Source: Lepidodermella squamata (Eukaryota; Animalia; Gastrotricha). Taken from it: a stretch of DNA of 64,000 bases. Of the stretch, positions 13,470-25,956 are shown piece by piece (position 1 is the first letter of the stretch; each line of letters opens with the position of its first letter). The stretch is taken from the NCBI GenBank assembly GCA_047495785.1, contig JBLDXI010000019.1, forward strand, positions 248,001-312,000, given 5' to 3'. The notes beneath the pieces are model-generated. The model was not told the DNA's origin. It made no database searches and was given only the letters and a program-made list of their open reading frames with translations. A program made the translations under genes and the position numbers.

Positions 13470-14350
13470 TGAACTTGTAAACGCACTCTCACAATTGCTA
13501 CTGAGAAATTGCATGCAAATTCTTAGATAATAAGGAATGAAGGAATTGTTGCGAGATCGAATCAAACAATCATTTCATTAATAGCTGTGTTTAACTAAAA
13601 ATTGTCTTTAGGGAAATGTCTCTATTTGGGAGTCTGGAACAAGTTCATAAATATAGCGCCATGCGCTCAACCGCCTTAGTTCACTAAAAATACTGCCGCC
13701 GAAATTGTGAATCTATGGAAATTAAGCTTTTCACATGTTCGCAGCCATAATTGAGTTGAAGTCGGCGAGATCCCGTGTCACTTCGAAGTGATGCATTTGA
13801 ACGTGACTAGAAAAATTCCTTCTGGCTTAAAACTTGAATTGAAAAATCTATTAAATTGATTACCGTTTTTGTTCGAGTAGCCCATTTGCTAATAATTGCC
13901 CATCCCTGATAGTAACCCAGGGTTGAGGAGTCAATTCAGTTCGAAAGCTTACAAAATGAACGATTTATTCAAGATTCACTGGCAATTTCGAATTTTTCAA
14001 AATTTCACGGTTGAAATTGTATTAGCTCGGGCTACTATAGAAATAAATAATAGATACGGTAATTAATTCTCTCCCAATTATTGCCCCAATTACTCAGTCA
14101 AATACTGATAGTGTAATTTAATTCAATAATTTTAATTTAATTTAATTGATTTCCGGGTCTTTTTTGAAATAAAATGTTTGTCTTCAAGTTTTTTCAGAAT
14201 TTTATTTGTTTTTATTTTTTTGTGTTTATTACAAAAAACTACCAGCAAGACGTCAGAGATGAGTTTGAGAAAATTGAGCATAGCAGGTAGCTTCATCAAA
14301 ATTATTGAGTGGAAAAGTATTGAATGTCTTAATAATTGAATGTCATGTTA

Positions 14351-15383
14351 TTAGTCATCAAAATCCAGCCGACGCTTATTCATTGCAGTAGGAATGACAC
14401 TGGAACGGCGAAACGGCTGCCTAGGACCGACCTTCAGATTTTTCAAATACGGCGTAGTTGAGTTGCTTGAAGCCGAGTTCAATTCGTCAATGTCGCTGTT
14501 GTCAGACGACGAAGACGGCGAAGATTGCGTGGCCCGGTCCTGTATGACGGCATGGCGCCACGATCGCTCCTGCGCGTGAAAGTGGTCGTCACGCATGGTT
14601 ACGTAATAGCCACGGCGAGACTGATCATCATGCGGCGATGCGATCAAATCGAGACGGCCAGTTGCTTCGCAGTACTCGATGAATGCCTTGTAGCCACCCT
14701 CGAGCAGGTAGATCTCCGGGTAGTCAAGCTTCGGATAGCTCATGCGGTTCCGGTCACGGTCGGTTTGACGAAAACGGCGCAGTAGGGCAGGCCCGCGTTG
14801 GCTGCTGAATTCGCAGTGGAAGATCATGACGTCACGGTTGGCTTGCTTCGACGACCTCGGCCGGCTGGTTTCGGGGCAGAGTTTTTCGAAATCGGTGTAT
14901 AGTGGCGTGTTCACGGCGTGCTGAATGTGGCCACCGTCGAATTCGTACGGGAAGCGGCAATCGGCCACGGTCAGGTGATCGATTTCGTGACGGTACTCGC
15001 CGTCGAGAAGGTCGACCAGAACTTTAGGGTGAATCATCGCCACGCTGGTCTCCATCGAGCAAGGCAGTAGATGCTGAACAGAAAATCACAATAAATTATG
15101 AAGCTGAGCAAATTTTCGACTATTTACCGTGATTACCTGATGTGGCAATGAGCTCGGGTTGGCGGCAGCATTTTTCAAAATCGGTGTCGATTGAACACTT
15201 TATTAAAACAGAAATATTCAAAATTTTGGAATTTTAAAATTGATGAAATGATAAAACTTTGACTTGCTTCAGCTTTGCCATCGAGTCAGCCAACGGAATA
15301 ATTCGATTGGCATCATTGTCGATGGGCTCGTAACGCTGCAAAGAGCCTGATTTATAAGCATGGGGCACTAACGGGGATTTCAT
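14351..15383 (-). CDS. cdc25: Cdc25-type phosphatase, copy 2, ~299 aa; exons 15268-15383, 15137-15197, 14351-15073
   Basis: Same motifs (HCEFSSQRGP, YPEIYLLEGGY) and same exon structure as copy 1. Confidence 0.9.
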
Positions 15384-16986
15384 GGAACTTCAAAAAGCGT
15401 TTGCATTTCCAAAGTAAAAAAGGAACAATATTATTCGACTTCGATTTGGTTGTTTTAAATAAAAATGTACGGAGATAAAGCAAGTAATGGCATTGTTGCA
15501 TAACCTAATCAAATTATTACAAGTTGATTTGATAAAAAGCTCTGTTTAGTAATCGCTTGGCTTGAGCTTTGTGTCCCTTTCGGGGGGTAGAAAATGAGTT
15601 TATTAACTCTATACAGTGCGTTCACACGGTTCACACAATGAGTCAGTTGCACTCAACAACTGAGAATGGACATCACGAAACCAGGATACCGTATTTCATT
15701 AAATAATAATTTTTTCGAAACTTCACAAATATGGCAAAAGGCTAGATACTCTTCGAGTGGGCAATTATTCGAGGCGCGCAATTATTTTCTGGGTCATCGA
15801 CGTTCGCTAAAAATAATCGCCTCGATCACTGTAGTTTACCTTCATTTTAAGTCTCCATCGATAAGTGGATTGATTCTAATCTTTGCCTCAAAGTACGAAA
15901 CCTCCATTTTCATTTTCTAACTGGTTCTATATATGAGTTTTCGCCCTCCCTCCTTATTGACCTACTTGGCTGCTCGCTTTTCCATATCCACAACCAGGGC
16001 TCTTATTCATATTTAAATTCTCGAATTCGCTCGCTATTCGCAGAGCTGTTATTTGATTTTATCATTCGATGAAATATCGTGCACTCAATGAACTCTTTAG
16101 ACACTCCATAGCAGAATGGAAAAGAATCTGAATTCTGGATAACTTTCGAAATCTCTCCGAGCGGGCGTTGTATAAGGCTATCGATTTCACATTCGAATTT
16201 AAATTATTGTTTTCATAATTATTTTTTATGAAACAATTTTTGTTGTATTAAGCTTTTTCTACAAGTTGGGCATTGAGATGGGGGTTTTCCATTTTTCAGT
16301 ATTTTTTCAATTCCTCTAGGAAAAATTCGTAATGGAACCCGTTACGAAAACTCAAAGCCGGAAAAACCCACAACATCGTACCGACGAAGGTGGACGAAGG
16401 TAAAACTGTGCGAAAACAGGTACCGCGGCAGTAAATAAAGCTAAGAGCTGGCACGGGTACGGGCTCTCGGGCACACGGCCGCATCCGCTTGCGTACCTTG
16501 TTTTTCGACTAAAACAACGTGTGGGTCGCATTTACGCCACATACATACTATAAGTAAGCGTTTATACTAGCGACGAGTGCAATTGCCGTACAGCTTTACC
16601 GGCTAACGACCAACACAGGCAAGTAAAAGAGATGATAATGGCATGGCTATGGCTGCAAAGGTTTATTACTTGCGCATTTTTATGCGCGCCAAGCTATCAT
16701 CCAGGCTTGGCCTTGGGTGCGCGCGACTCGGCCTCATTAAATAAATTTTTAGTAATTAAAAACCTTTTCATCAAATTTAACTATACCTATTCCTGCTTTA
16801 TCTTTCAAATTCAAGAAATAATTTTATTAAAATATCTAGGCAATTCAAGATTTTTTTAATTTATTCCAGTTTTAGGCTGAATTCGAATTTTTTCAATGAA
16901 ATGAAAAAAATTGTTTCACCCCCTTAAAGCATTTTTTTAATTGGCAGAAATTTGAAGAATGCGTTTATTTGATTTTTAGGCTAATT

Positions 16987-17541
16987 ATGGCTTATTCTGA
17001 GTTGAAATCTGATTCATCGTCCGATAAATCGTGGCCCGTTCTTAAATTGAACGCAGGCAATATTATTACGCAGGAGAAACAGGTCAATCCAATACCCGTG
17101 ACCTACATTATCGTCCGCGAGCCAGTCGATGCCACGAACCACTCGAACCGCTTCTATCGACGAGCTGCTTTAGGTCTTTCAATTTTCTCGCTTTTCTGCG
17201 GCTCGTTTTTCTGCTCGCTGCCCGCCTTCGTGTTCGCCCTGCTGCCGCGATGCCACCCGGATTTTCGCCGCAGAAACGGCATGACCCTGCAGAACCTGAG
17301 CAATGAACGCCAGTTTTATCGGGCCTCTATCATCATGGCGACCTTGGCGATTTTAGTCGGCGCGGCTGGTTTGTTTTTCGTTGCTCGGGCGGTTTACTAT
17401 AAAGGCAGCAGCGAGCATATATTCGCGGTTGGTGAACAGCCGGAAACCATTTCGCCGTCTCTGCTCGATGAAAGCATTCTGACTGAACGCGGATCTTCAT
17501 GCTATTTCAACTCAGAAATCGGCAAAATTATTTGCTTTTAA
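16987..17541 (+). CDS. CD225/dispanin-like membrane protein
   Basis: AALGLSIFSLFCGSFFCSLPAFVFALLP..FYRASIIMATLAILVG motif shared with about 10 paralogs in the window. Confidence 0.7.
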   Translation: MAYSELKSDSSSDKSWPVLKLNAGNIITQEKQVNPIPVTYIIVREPVDATNHSNRFYRRAALGLSIFSLFCGSFFCSLPAFVFALLPRCHPDFRRRNGMTLQNLSNERQFYRASIIMATLAILVGAAGLFFVARAVYYKGSSEHIFAVGEQPETISPSLLDESILTERGSSCYFNSEIGKIICF

Positions 17542-17636
17542 ACAACTTAATTGACGATTAAACAAACATTTGTGTAGCCTATAGCAAGCGATCTATTGAA
17601 TAAAACGTTTTGACATTAATTTTTGCCCTGAAAATT

Positions 17637-18879
17637 ATGAAAATTTTCGGTATAATTTTAGCCCTTCACCCGTTGGTTATTGACGCAATTTCAGAGCAAA
17701 TTTTCCGGCCTGCAGATGAGCAATTTCTTAATAAAATCATTGAAAGATGTTCTCTTCTTACGAAAACTCGGCCAGTTGAAAATGCGCTCGATGTTATCAA
17801 CATTACAGTTTTATTCATTCCGTTTTTATTCCGCGGAATCGACGACCGCACCCAGCGGTAATAATTCGGCTAAAATGACAGATGAAAGATGAATTCAGTT
17901 TTTTGTACCTAGCTTCTCAATAATTGGCGAAATCGATCTTCAGTGGTCGCATCCGTGCACAGCTTGGAATCAGTCTGAATCTCTGAGTGAAGAGTTGAGT
18001 ATCCCAGCGTCCCAGGGTTGGTACCCATTAGTCCACCATGGCAATGCTGCCAACGACCAGAATGAACTACCGCAACTTCTCGATAAAATTGGTTCAATTT
18101 ATTTCATGCGCTCGGGCGTAGCCTATGTTTCTATAGTTCACAATTTCGAATCAGTCTGTGTGTTAAAGTAAGCCAATGTTTATCGAAATTCCTCCTTAAA
18201 TTTTCGAATTACCAGTTTCCTAAAATTTCCATTCGACGAGCAACGCTGCGAGGTAATGATCCAGTCCTTTTTATCGGACAACTTGGTCAGAATTGCGATC
18301 GCTCTTGGTAAGATAACACCCCGCGGACGATCTTTCATAAATCCAGCCGAGGTGTGGACGCTGTTAGACATAAATACCGAAATTGAGTCTGAAATGTATC
18401 CAAACATCGCCGATCCTACGGGGACAAACTTCACGTCGATGTATTTCATGTTCTATTTCAAACGGAAACCGATGAAATACCTTGCCGATCTATTTTTCCC
18501 GGCTTTCGCGCTTGAAGTGATTCTACTGGTGATGGGACTGATTCCTCCTAAATACCCTGACCGGCCAACTTGCTGCATTACCGTAGTTCTAGCGTATACT
18601 TTGCTGGACACAAATATCAGCGAACACATGCCGCAGTCGTCCGAGTTGAGCTACGCCGTTGTTTTCATGGCCGGGCAACTTGTCAGCGGTGTGATTTGCA
18701 CGGTTTACTGCATTGCGGCGTGCCATGTTGCGGCGACTAAAATGGGCAAATCCCAGGTGGAGTTGCGAAATGGCCTGAAGCTCTCTACAATAAGACTAAT
18801 CGATGTAATTTTCTTCTCTGCTTTTGCTTTCATTAAAATGGTCACTAATATCTCCATTTTTCACATGATGCTAAGTTGA
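17637..18879 (+). CDS. Divergent Cys-loop ligand-gated ion channel subunit 1 (379 aa); exons 17637-17857, 17913-18167, 18216-18879
   Basis: Signal peptide, RPV, Cys-loop CVLNFLKFPFDEQRC, pre-M1 RKP, four TM helices. Confidence 0.9.
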
Positions 18880-18943
18880 ATTTTAAAACATTAGATAAAA
18901 GATATGTGGAAACTGTTTAAATAATTTAGGGAAATTAAAAAAA

Positions 18944-21018
18944 ATGCATTATTATTTGTTAGCCGTTTGGTTCCAACTTTCGGAGGCCAACTTCATACCG
19001 GCTGGAGAACTATTCACTCGCGATATCATTCGGCGCTGCAATCTCAAGTCGCGGCTCATGCCGGTCACGCGCCATAATCAACCAATCGACGTTGATGTGC
19101 ATTTTATGCCCTATCTGTTGGTTGGTATCGATCACGCTGATCAGAGGTAAATAAGATCATCACAATGACTCAAGTATAAGGAGAGAGGGAAAATTTTGTT
19201 AGAAAATTTAGGATTTTCAATAATAAATTTTCGTATCCCTAATCAAAATGTTGAGAATAGGATCTGAATTTTTCCACATTTCAAAACCGAAATACCCGCA
19301 TGCTTCTATTTTGATATTGAAAATCTCTAATAAGATGAACAACAAGTCTAATTATTTGCAACACTTAAAATGAGGTTGCAGCACCAAAATTAAAAAAGTT
19401 ATTTTAAACTTTTTGGCACTAAATTGACGAAATTATTTGCGATTTCGGCTTTTCGTTTTTTGATTGAGACTGATTACCTCCGTGAACCTGGATTTTTTTA
19501 CCTTGGCTACATGACGCCGTGTATGCAGGATAACTATGGATCTTGGGTTCCAGGACGGTGTCATCGGAAAAATCCATCGATTGTTGGGACTTAAAACTTG
19601 AACCGATAAATCAGCAATCAGCTCTGCAGGCTGAAGTTTACCCATTTAGGGTCTGCACTTGATACATACCCCATAGATTTTCTTATTTTAGCCATCTGTT
19701 AGCCCAGGTATTTATGAAAAAACCTTTACTCTCGGGACTGCCGATATCGGAAAAATCATTTACCTATTTTTAAAATCGAAAACTAAATCGATATCGGCGC
19801 TGCTGGATGAAAATAAGCTTGGAATACACCACGAAGTAGATAGATTTGTTGATTATTAGGTTAGACAAAAAATTGAGAAGAAAGTGAGCTCCGAAATCGC
19901 TTAGTCCTGCGCTTAGTAGAAATTATCGTCAAATTTTACCCATAGTCTTGGCCTCGATACCCTAATACCCAATACCCAATTGTGCGAGTTTCTACTATGT
20001 AAAAAATACTGATCAGACGAGAAATAGATATAAAACCCGGTTTGACGGAAATGATTGAAACCCGTGTTTTCAAATATACTGTTTTATTCACAGCTTTTCT
20101 ATGTTGGGATCGCTGGAGGTTAGATGGCGCCACCCTTGTACAGTATGGAATAGCTCCCAAACCGACATTAAAGTCATCGAAATGGAAGCCAAATCAACTT
20201 GGTACCCAACGGTCGTGCTTATGAACTCGGCAGACAACATTTTCCGCCTGCGAGAATATCAAGAAGAAAACAGCCGCGTTTACTTCGCTCACGACGGCAT
20301 GGTCCACACGCCAGCTATCCGAATTTTCCGAACATTCTGCGAATTGAGTGTCACAAAATTTCCATTCGACGAGCAAACATGCGAGGTAAGATTTGAATCA
20401 TGGCAACCAGTTGCTACGATGCGATTTCACCTGACCGGGGACGATGAGAAAAGCCTTGTCGACCCTGAGTTCCCTATCACTCAACCAGGCGATGTTTGGC
20501 ACCTCGTCGATTCCGGAGCCGTACTTTCGAACGTAACCTACGAGGGCGTAGTCGACGGCTACGGCAGCACCTATTCATATGCGGCGTTCACCTTCCGATT
20601 TCGCAGAAAATCTGCGCTGTATGTCGCTAACATCTTCTACCCAGCCGTTGCGTTGACCTTATTACTATTGGCTATATGGGCTATGCCGCCTCGCCACCCT
20701 GACCGGCCCTCCTATTGCATAACAGTTGTATTGGCGCATGTTGTACTTCACGATGATGTTAACAAGCAACTCCCGCAATCAGCCGAGACGTCTTACGCCG
20801 CAATTTTTGTCAGCTGGCAACTCGCGACAGGAATAGCCTGCGTGGTTTACACAGTTCTCACCTGTCACCTGGCTCAATTTAATAAATTCAAGGAAATCAC
20901 GAATCTGTGCTGTTTTGAGTTGACTCTGCTTCGAAAAATTGATTTTTACTTTTTCGTTACGACCTCGCTACTGAACATCATCGTTGACATAGCAATATTC
21001 GCTGTTATTCTAACGTAA
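18944..21018 (+). CDS. Cys-loop subunit 2 (375 aa); exons 18944-19146, 20094-21018
   Basis: CELSVTKFPFDEQTC, FESW, RRK, M1-M4. Confidence 0.9.
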
Positions 21019-21097
21019 TCATTGATACTATATAGGCACATCCGAGTCAATAAACCGTGGAGCGACGTGTTTTTTTTTACAATGTTTGCTGAAAAAA

Positions 21098-24037
21098 ATG
21101 AAAATATTTTTCGCACTTTTAATGCCGTTTCTTGGCAAGGCCCAGGAGCAGGATATCTTTTGGCCGTCTGATGAACTTTTCATCCGTAACCTTGCTGAAA
21201 AGTGTAGCTTGTACTCGATGTCACGGCCCGTTACAGACGCGGGTGATAAACTTGTGGCAACAGCGTCTCTTGTGCCGTTTTTGTTCAAAGGAATCGATGA
21301 AAAGCAGCAATCGTTTGTTCTGAATTCCATCGAGATTTTAACCATAACTATAACTTCTTTGTAGATTTTCTATAGCAGCTGAGCTTGACATAACTTGGCA
21401 TCATCCGTGTGCTCGCTGGAACCGTAGCGAAAGTTCGATAAGTCAAGTCGAACTGCCGGCGTCTAAGACTTACTACCCAGTTGTACTTCATTCGAATGCC
21501 GTGTTGGATAACTTCGGCATAGTCAAGTGGCAAGACGATCTAGGGGCTGTGTATTTCACCGATAGCGGAATGAGCTATACTTCGATTTTCCTCGAATTTG
21601 TATCTTCGTGCTACTTAGAGTAAGTTTATTAGGATAGGACGATCGGGTAGTTCCTAACTTGGGAATAAATCATGTTATTCGAAGATTAGAAGCGTTTTCC
21701 TGATCTTCCGGAAAATTTTTGCTAATTCGATTATTCTTTTTTTGCAAGATTTGTTGGCTATTAGTTTGCCTAATTCTGACATTCAGGTAATTTCGGAGCA
21801 AATTCGCCGAAGGCATAATTATTTTAAAAAGGAGTGGAAATTCTTACTTAATTAAGTAAGCGTTTATACCTAATAAGGTTACCTAATATTCGAAATAATT
21901 TACCATAATATTCGGCCTAAAAATGAGTAAGGATCATGTCCCATCTGGAAGGCGGAGATAACTTGGCCTAATCAAATTTGCCTGCAAAACACATGAAATT
22001 ATGGTTGGGAAGCTCGGGAAACCTAAAGGTACGGCGACAAAACAGCAACTTCGCAAAACAGCGAATGCGACAAAACAGCAACTTTTTTATTTCGCGACAA
22101 AACAGCGAAAACTTGCTATGGAAAAGATGCATCGTGTTTCTGCTGTTATGTCGCTCGCTGAAAAATTTGCTGTTTTGTCGGGTCTGCTGTTTCGGGTATT
22201 TGCTGTTATGACGGTCTGCCAACCTAAAAGGTCCCGAACCTTAGATCGAGCTTCATGAAAATAGGAAAAGACTCCTGATTCTGCCATCAGCAAATTCGAT
22301 CACACCAAGCTATCGTAGTCTTCTATATGAGATAGGTATCCTTACTCAGTTTCAAAAGCCGAATATTATGGCCGAATATAAAAAAACGCGTACTTATTTA
22401 ACACTCTATCGGCCGAAGGTTTTCGCGTGTACCTTTCCTGTAGCGCCGGGGTTTTTTCGATGTACCTACCAAAAAATTCGACCCCCAGATTATTATATTT
22501 TCTTGAAGGTCACGGAAATCTAAGATCATTGGTCGATGTCCCGGATTTTTCCGGCTCATCCTTATTACGTAATTACAAAAAAACACTTACTCATATTTGA
22601 GTATACGGCGTTTTCCAGCAAATCTCATTTACTCACCTATGAGTATACGGCATCAGGTCTTACTCAGGTTTACTCTCATATGAGTATGCGGCCTTAAAGC
22701 TCAAAGTTGCTATACTCACCTATGAGTATTTAGCGCTAGCTTGGAAACATTGCAAGACCAAATTATGCAGCTATCATGTGGTTTTAGGGTTTGGTTGTTG
22801 AAAAGACACTACCAGCGATTTTTTGGAATTTTTTTCTTGGATAGCGTGCCTTCTAAAAATAAGCTGTTTTAAACGAAAAATACTTTGAAACATGGCGCAT
22901 CTCATGTAGGTGAAATGAAAAAATTAGCTAATTCTGGAATTCGATAATCTATCTATAATCGATAATCGATAATCGATAATCAGTGATTTCTTGTTCAAGG
23001 AATGAGTATAGGGTGATTTTGACTTCAGATTTGACATCTACGGGTGTTACTCCTGTCTAGGGGTTTATCATGGGTATTTTCAGATGCACAGGTCTCACGT
23101 AAAAAAATCGCAAAAAAGCAACACTTCTATGTACTCATATTTGAGTCTACGGCGAATTTCTGCAAATTGGAGGCTACTCAAATGTGAGTATATAGCGAAT
23201 TTCTGCAAATGTGAGTATTTGGACGATAGAGTGTTAAGTACGAATGTATCGACCCATTAAACATTTTTGATACAATTAGCTGCGTAGCTTTTTTATTCTA
23301 GGAAAATTTAATAATTCTCATCATCATTTAACATTTTTGTACTCTTATATTGATCTATAAATTTCAGATTGAAGACATTCCCATTTGATCGGCAAAAGTG
23401 TATGATCAAAATAGAATCATGGGAGTCTACCAACCAAGTACATTTCATCACTAACGAGAGCCATAGCATGAACGTATCGGCAGAAGGCTTGAGTTACTTC
23501 AAATCAGCTGATACCTGGCAGCTAGTCAACACGTACACGTATACAGTCACCAAACTATTCCCCCATGAAGTGGAAGCTGCCGGTCGAGTTTACCAATCAA
23601 TTCGCTTCGTCTTTGAACTACAACGAAAATCAGCCATGTATCTTGTCAGCATATTTTTCCCATGCTTCGCCCTGACGACATGCGTGATCTGCGCTGGGTT
23701 CATGCCGCCGAGATGTGCGGATCGCAGCGCCTTCTGCATGACAGTCGTCCTCGCCCTCATGGTGTTGTGTACCAATATAGCGGAATTGTTGCCGCAGTCC
23801 GATGAAGTTACATATTGTTCCATGTTCGTTTCGGCGCAGCTTGTTGGCAGTCTGGTGATAACTGTTTACGCTAACATATCGTGCCAAATGGCTAGAATGA
23901 TAAGGTTCAAGCGAAGTGTGACTATTTTTACTCGGCGAAGAGTGACACTCATTCGATTGATTGATTCATTGTTTTTTGGCTTGATGGCTTTTCTCAACTT
24001 TTCGTGTGCCTTCGTTTTTCTGATTCTATCAATTTAA
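21098..24037 (+). CDS. Cys-loop subunit 3 (379 aa); exons 21098-21312, 21365-21619, 23368-24037
   Basis: CYLELKTFPFDRQKC spans the long MITE-containing intron; frame intact. Confidence 0.9.
22014..22237. mobile_element. MITE-like element with inverted arrays of CGACAAAACAGC
   Basis: Direct copies of cgacaaaacagc on the left, reverse-complement gctgttttgtcg copies on the right; tcggga..tcccga ends. Confidence 0.6.
22402..23233. mobile_element. Non-autonomous TTAA-inserting (piggyBac-like) element
   Basis: TTAA|CACTCTATCG ... CGATAGAGTG|TTAA; internal palindromic TACTCA-N4-TGAGTA repeats. Confidence 0.8.
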
Positions 24038-24149
24038 AGCTATGGTATAATTCAAAATGTTACGATGAGCCACCACAAGATGCTGTCAGCGCGAATAAAC
24101 TGAAAAAAGAATATATATATCAGAGGTGAATCAAACTAACCAGGAAAAT

Positions 24150-24760
24150 ACATAGATCCGTTTCGAGGTGACCAATGACAAGTAAAATATCTCTTGTTTT
24201 TGCCATGCTGTACCGCGCTTATCGGCTGAACAGTGAATGGCTCGGATTCAACAGGGAAGTTGATCATCTTCGTAAAACCTTTCTGAATCGCCAACATCCT
24301 TTCGCCAAGTTTGAGAAGCTTTGGCTTTTGGTGACATGATTTACCCCCATGGTCGTATCAAAACCGATGTAACGAAGATCGAACCTGTACGCTTCGTGTT
24401 ACCCTACAAAGACGGAGAAGTGCTCGACAAGTCAAGATGAGACTCAACGATCTTTCTGGAAAACTTCAGGTGGCTGTTCAAGCCATGTTCACAAGCCGAA
24501 AAATCAACGAAACTTTTTCCATTGCTTGGTGAAAATTTGCTTGGTCGACGAGAGTCTACTCATCAAACAGAAGAAGATCGCAGTGAGCCTCACCGTGCAG
24601 TCCGACTCAATTAAATTAAAGCTATTTTGACAGTTTTCATCCTGATAGCTTGTTGTGCTTTCGTCCCCTACTGTATATTCATTCTTGTTGTGTTTCCTTT
24701 CGTTGTAGCCTGAAGATGGTCCGCGCAATGGCCGAAACGGTTAATTAAGTTGTAGCAAGA
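24150..24760 (+). pseudogene. Degenerate Penelope-like retroelement fragment (post-RT linker region and terminal repeat)
   Basis: KISLVFAMLYRAYRLNSEWLGFNREVDHLRKTF, VRFVLPYKD, LNDLSGKLQVAVQAMFTSRKI with frameshifts; downstream CTGAAGA..GAAAC motif. Confidence 0.7.
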
Positions 24761-25072
24761 AGCAACTCACGGTCGCTTTCTTTTTTGATTAATCTATACC
24801 CGACTCGGGTGTTTATATCCTTCTTGTTTTTGCCTCTTCGTTCAAGTTTCAAGAAAAACGGCAGTATAAAAAGCAGTTTAAAAGGAGGAATTCATGGCGA
24901 ACCAACGCGAAAGCTATTTGTTTCCGTCTTGCCTTCACGAATCATGCTGCAAAGTTTCTGTTGCTGCCCGCAATCATTCATAGGGCTCACCAAATTAAGC
25001 ATGTTTAATGAAAAACAATATAACATAAAAGCCGAAGTGGTATCTTCTGCCGCACTGTTATCACTATTGCCA

Positions 25073-25118
25073 TGACTCACATATGAACTTTAACTGAGTA
25101 ATATCGCGACTTATATAA
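25073..25118 (+). promoter_or_regulatory. AP-1 site (TGACTCA) plus TATA box upstream of CD225-like gene
   Basis: TGACTCA 25073-25079, TATATAA 25112-25118, ATG at 25153. Confidence 0.45.
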
Positions 25119-25152
25119 GTAGAACAGCGTTAATACATCATCAGAAGACAAA

Positions 25153-25956
25153 ATGTCTAAACCAGAGAGAACTTCGACTCGCTCTTCAGTGCAGAAAAGC
25201 CTATCCTCGCGTCATTCAAGGCGAACATCCGCTACGTCGACGCTGGGTCAAAATTCCTCTTCCAAGCAACAGGCTGCAATAAATTTGGGCGCTCTGTCGG
25301 TTTCGAATTTATATTCCCATGATCGTCCGCTGTACTCGCAACCATCCATGTCGTCGGGAGACAGAAGGCCTAAATCGGGGAGAACTTCGACTCGCTCTTC
25401 AGTGCAGAAAAGCCTTTCCTCGCGTCATTCCAGGCGTCCGCATTACTCGCAACCATCGACCTCCGGTACTTCGAGAACTGGATTCGAGCCAAGACGCGAA
25501 CATTCGAGTCTCAATACCCATAAAATGCAACATCGGACGTCAGATACGAGCAGGGTACGATCCGAGCAGAGACAAAGTTTCGCTGCGGAGACAGCTTTGA
25601 CAACTGATACATCGTTACCACGAGTTACAAGTAACAAGGGCATCGACCATGTTATCATTCACCAGCCGAGTACTGCTATGCCTACCGAAGTAATTTACGC
25701 GGCAAGATACTCTTTCGACGAGTCAACAGACCGGATGGGAAGAGCTGCAGTCGGAATGGCGATCACGGCAATGCTTTGCGGATGCTGGATCCTGTCAATT
25801 CCTGCTCTAATCTGCGCTTTAGTGCCAAGTCAAGGGAATCATCCGTCGAGTAGACGATCGCGTGGGCGCTACATCACTTCAATCGTCCTTTCGGTCCTGG
25901 CAATTATTGGAACAATAATTGTTACAATTGCGATCATTGTCAATATGAGAAACTAA
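25153..25956 (+). CDS. CD225/dispanin-like protein with long Ser/Arg-rich disordered N-terminus
   Basis: AAVGMAITAMLCGCWILSIPALICALVP..YITSIVLSVLAIIG. Confidence 0.75.
   Translation: MSKPERTSTRSSVQKSLSSRHSRRTSATSTLGQNSSSKQQAAINLGALSVSNLYSHDRPLYSQPSMSSGDRRPKSGRTSTRSSVQKSLSSRHSRRPHYSQPSTSGTSRTGFEPRREHSSLNTHKMQHRTSDTSRVRSEQRQSFAAETALTTDTSLPRVTSNKGIDHVIIHQPSTAMPTEVIYAARYSFDESTDRMGRAAVGMAITAMLCGCWILSIPALICALVPSQGNHPSSRRSRGRYITSIVLSVLAIIGTIIVTIAIIVNMRN

Noticed and set aside
19560-19810. Long-range inverted similarity with ~26335-26560
   Set aside because: Degenerate dispersed repeat (related pieces near 55360), not ends of one element
21968-22293. Several overlapping ORFs
   Set aside because: Produced by the MITE repeats inside an intron
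22588-23220. Palindromic repeats as CRISPR or operator array
   Set aside because: Irregular spacing and enclosed by TIRs with TTAA duplication; explained as transposon subterminal repeats
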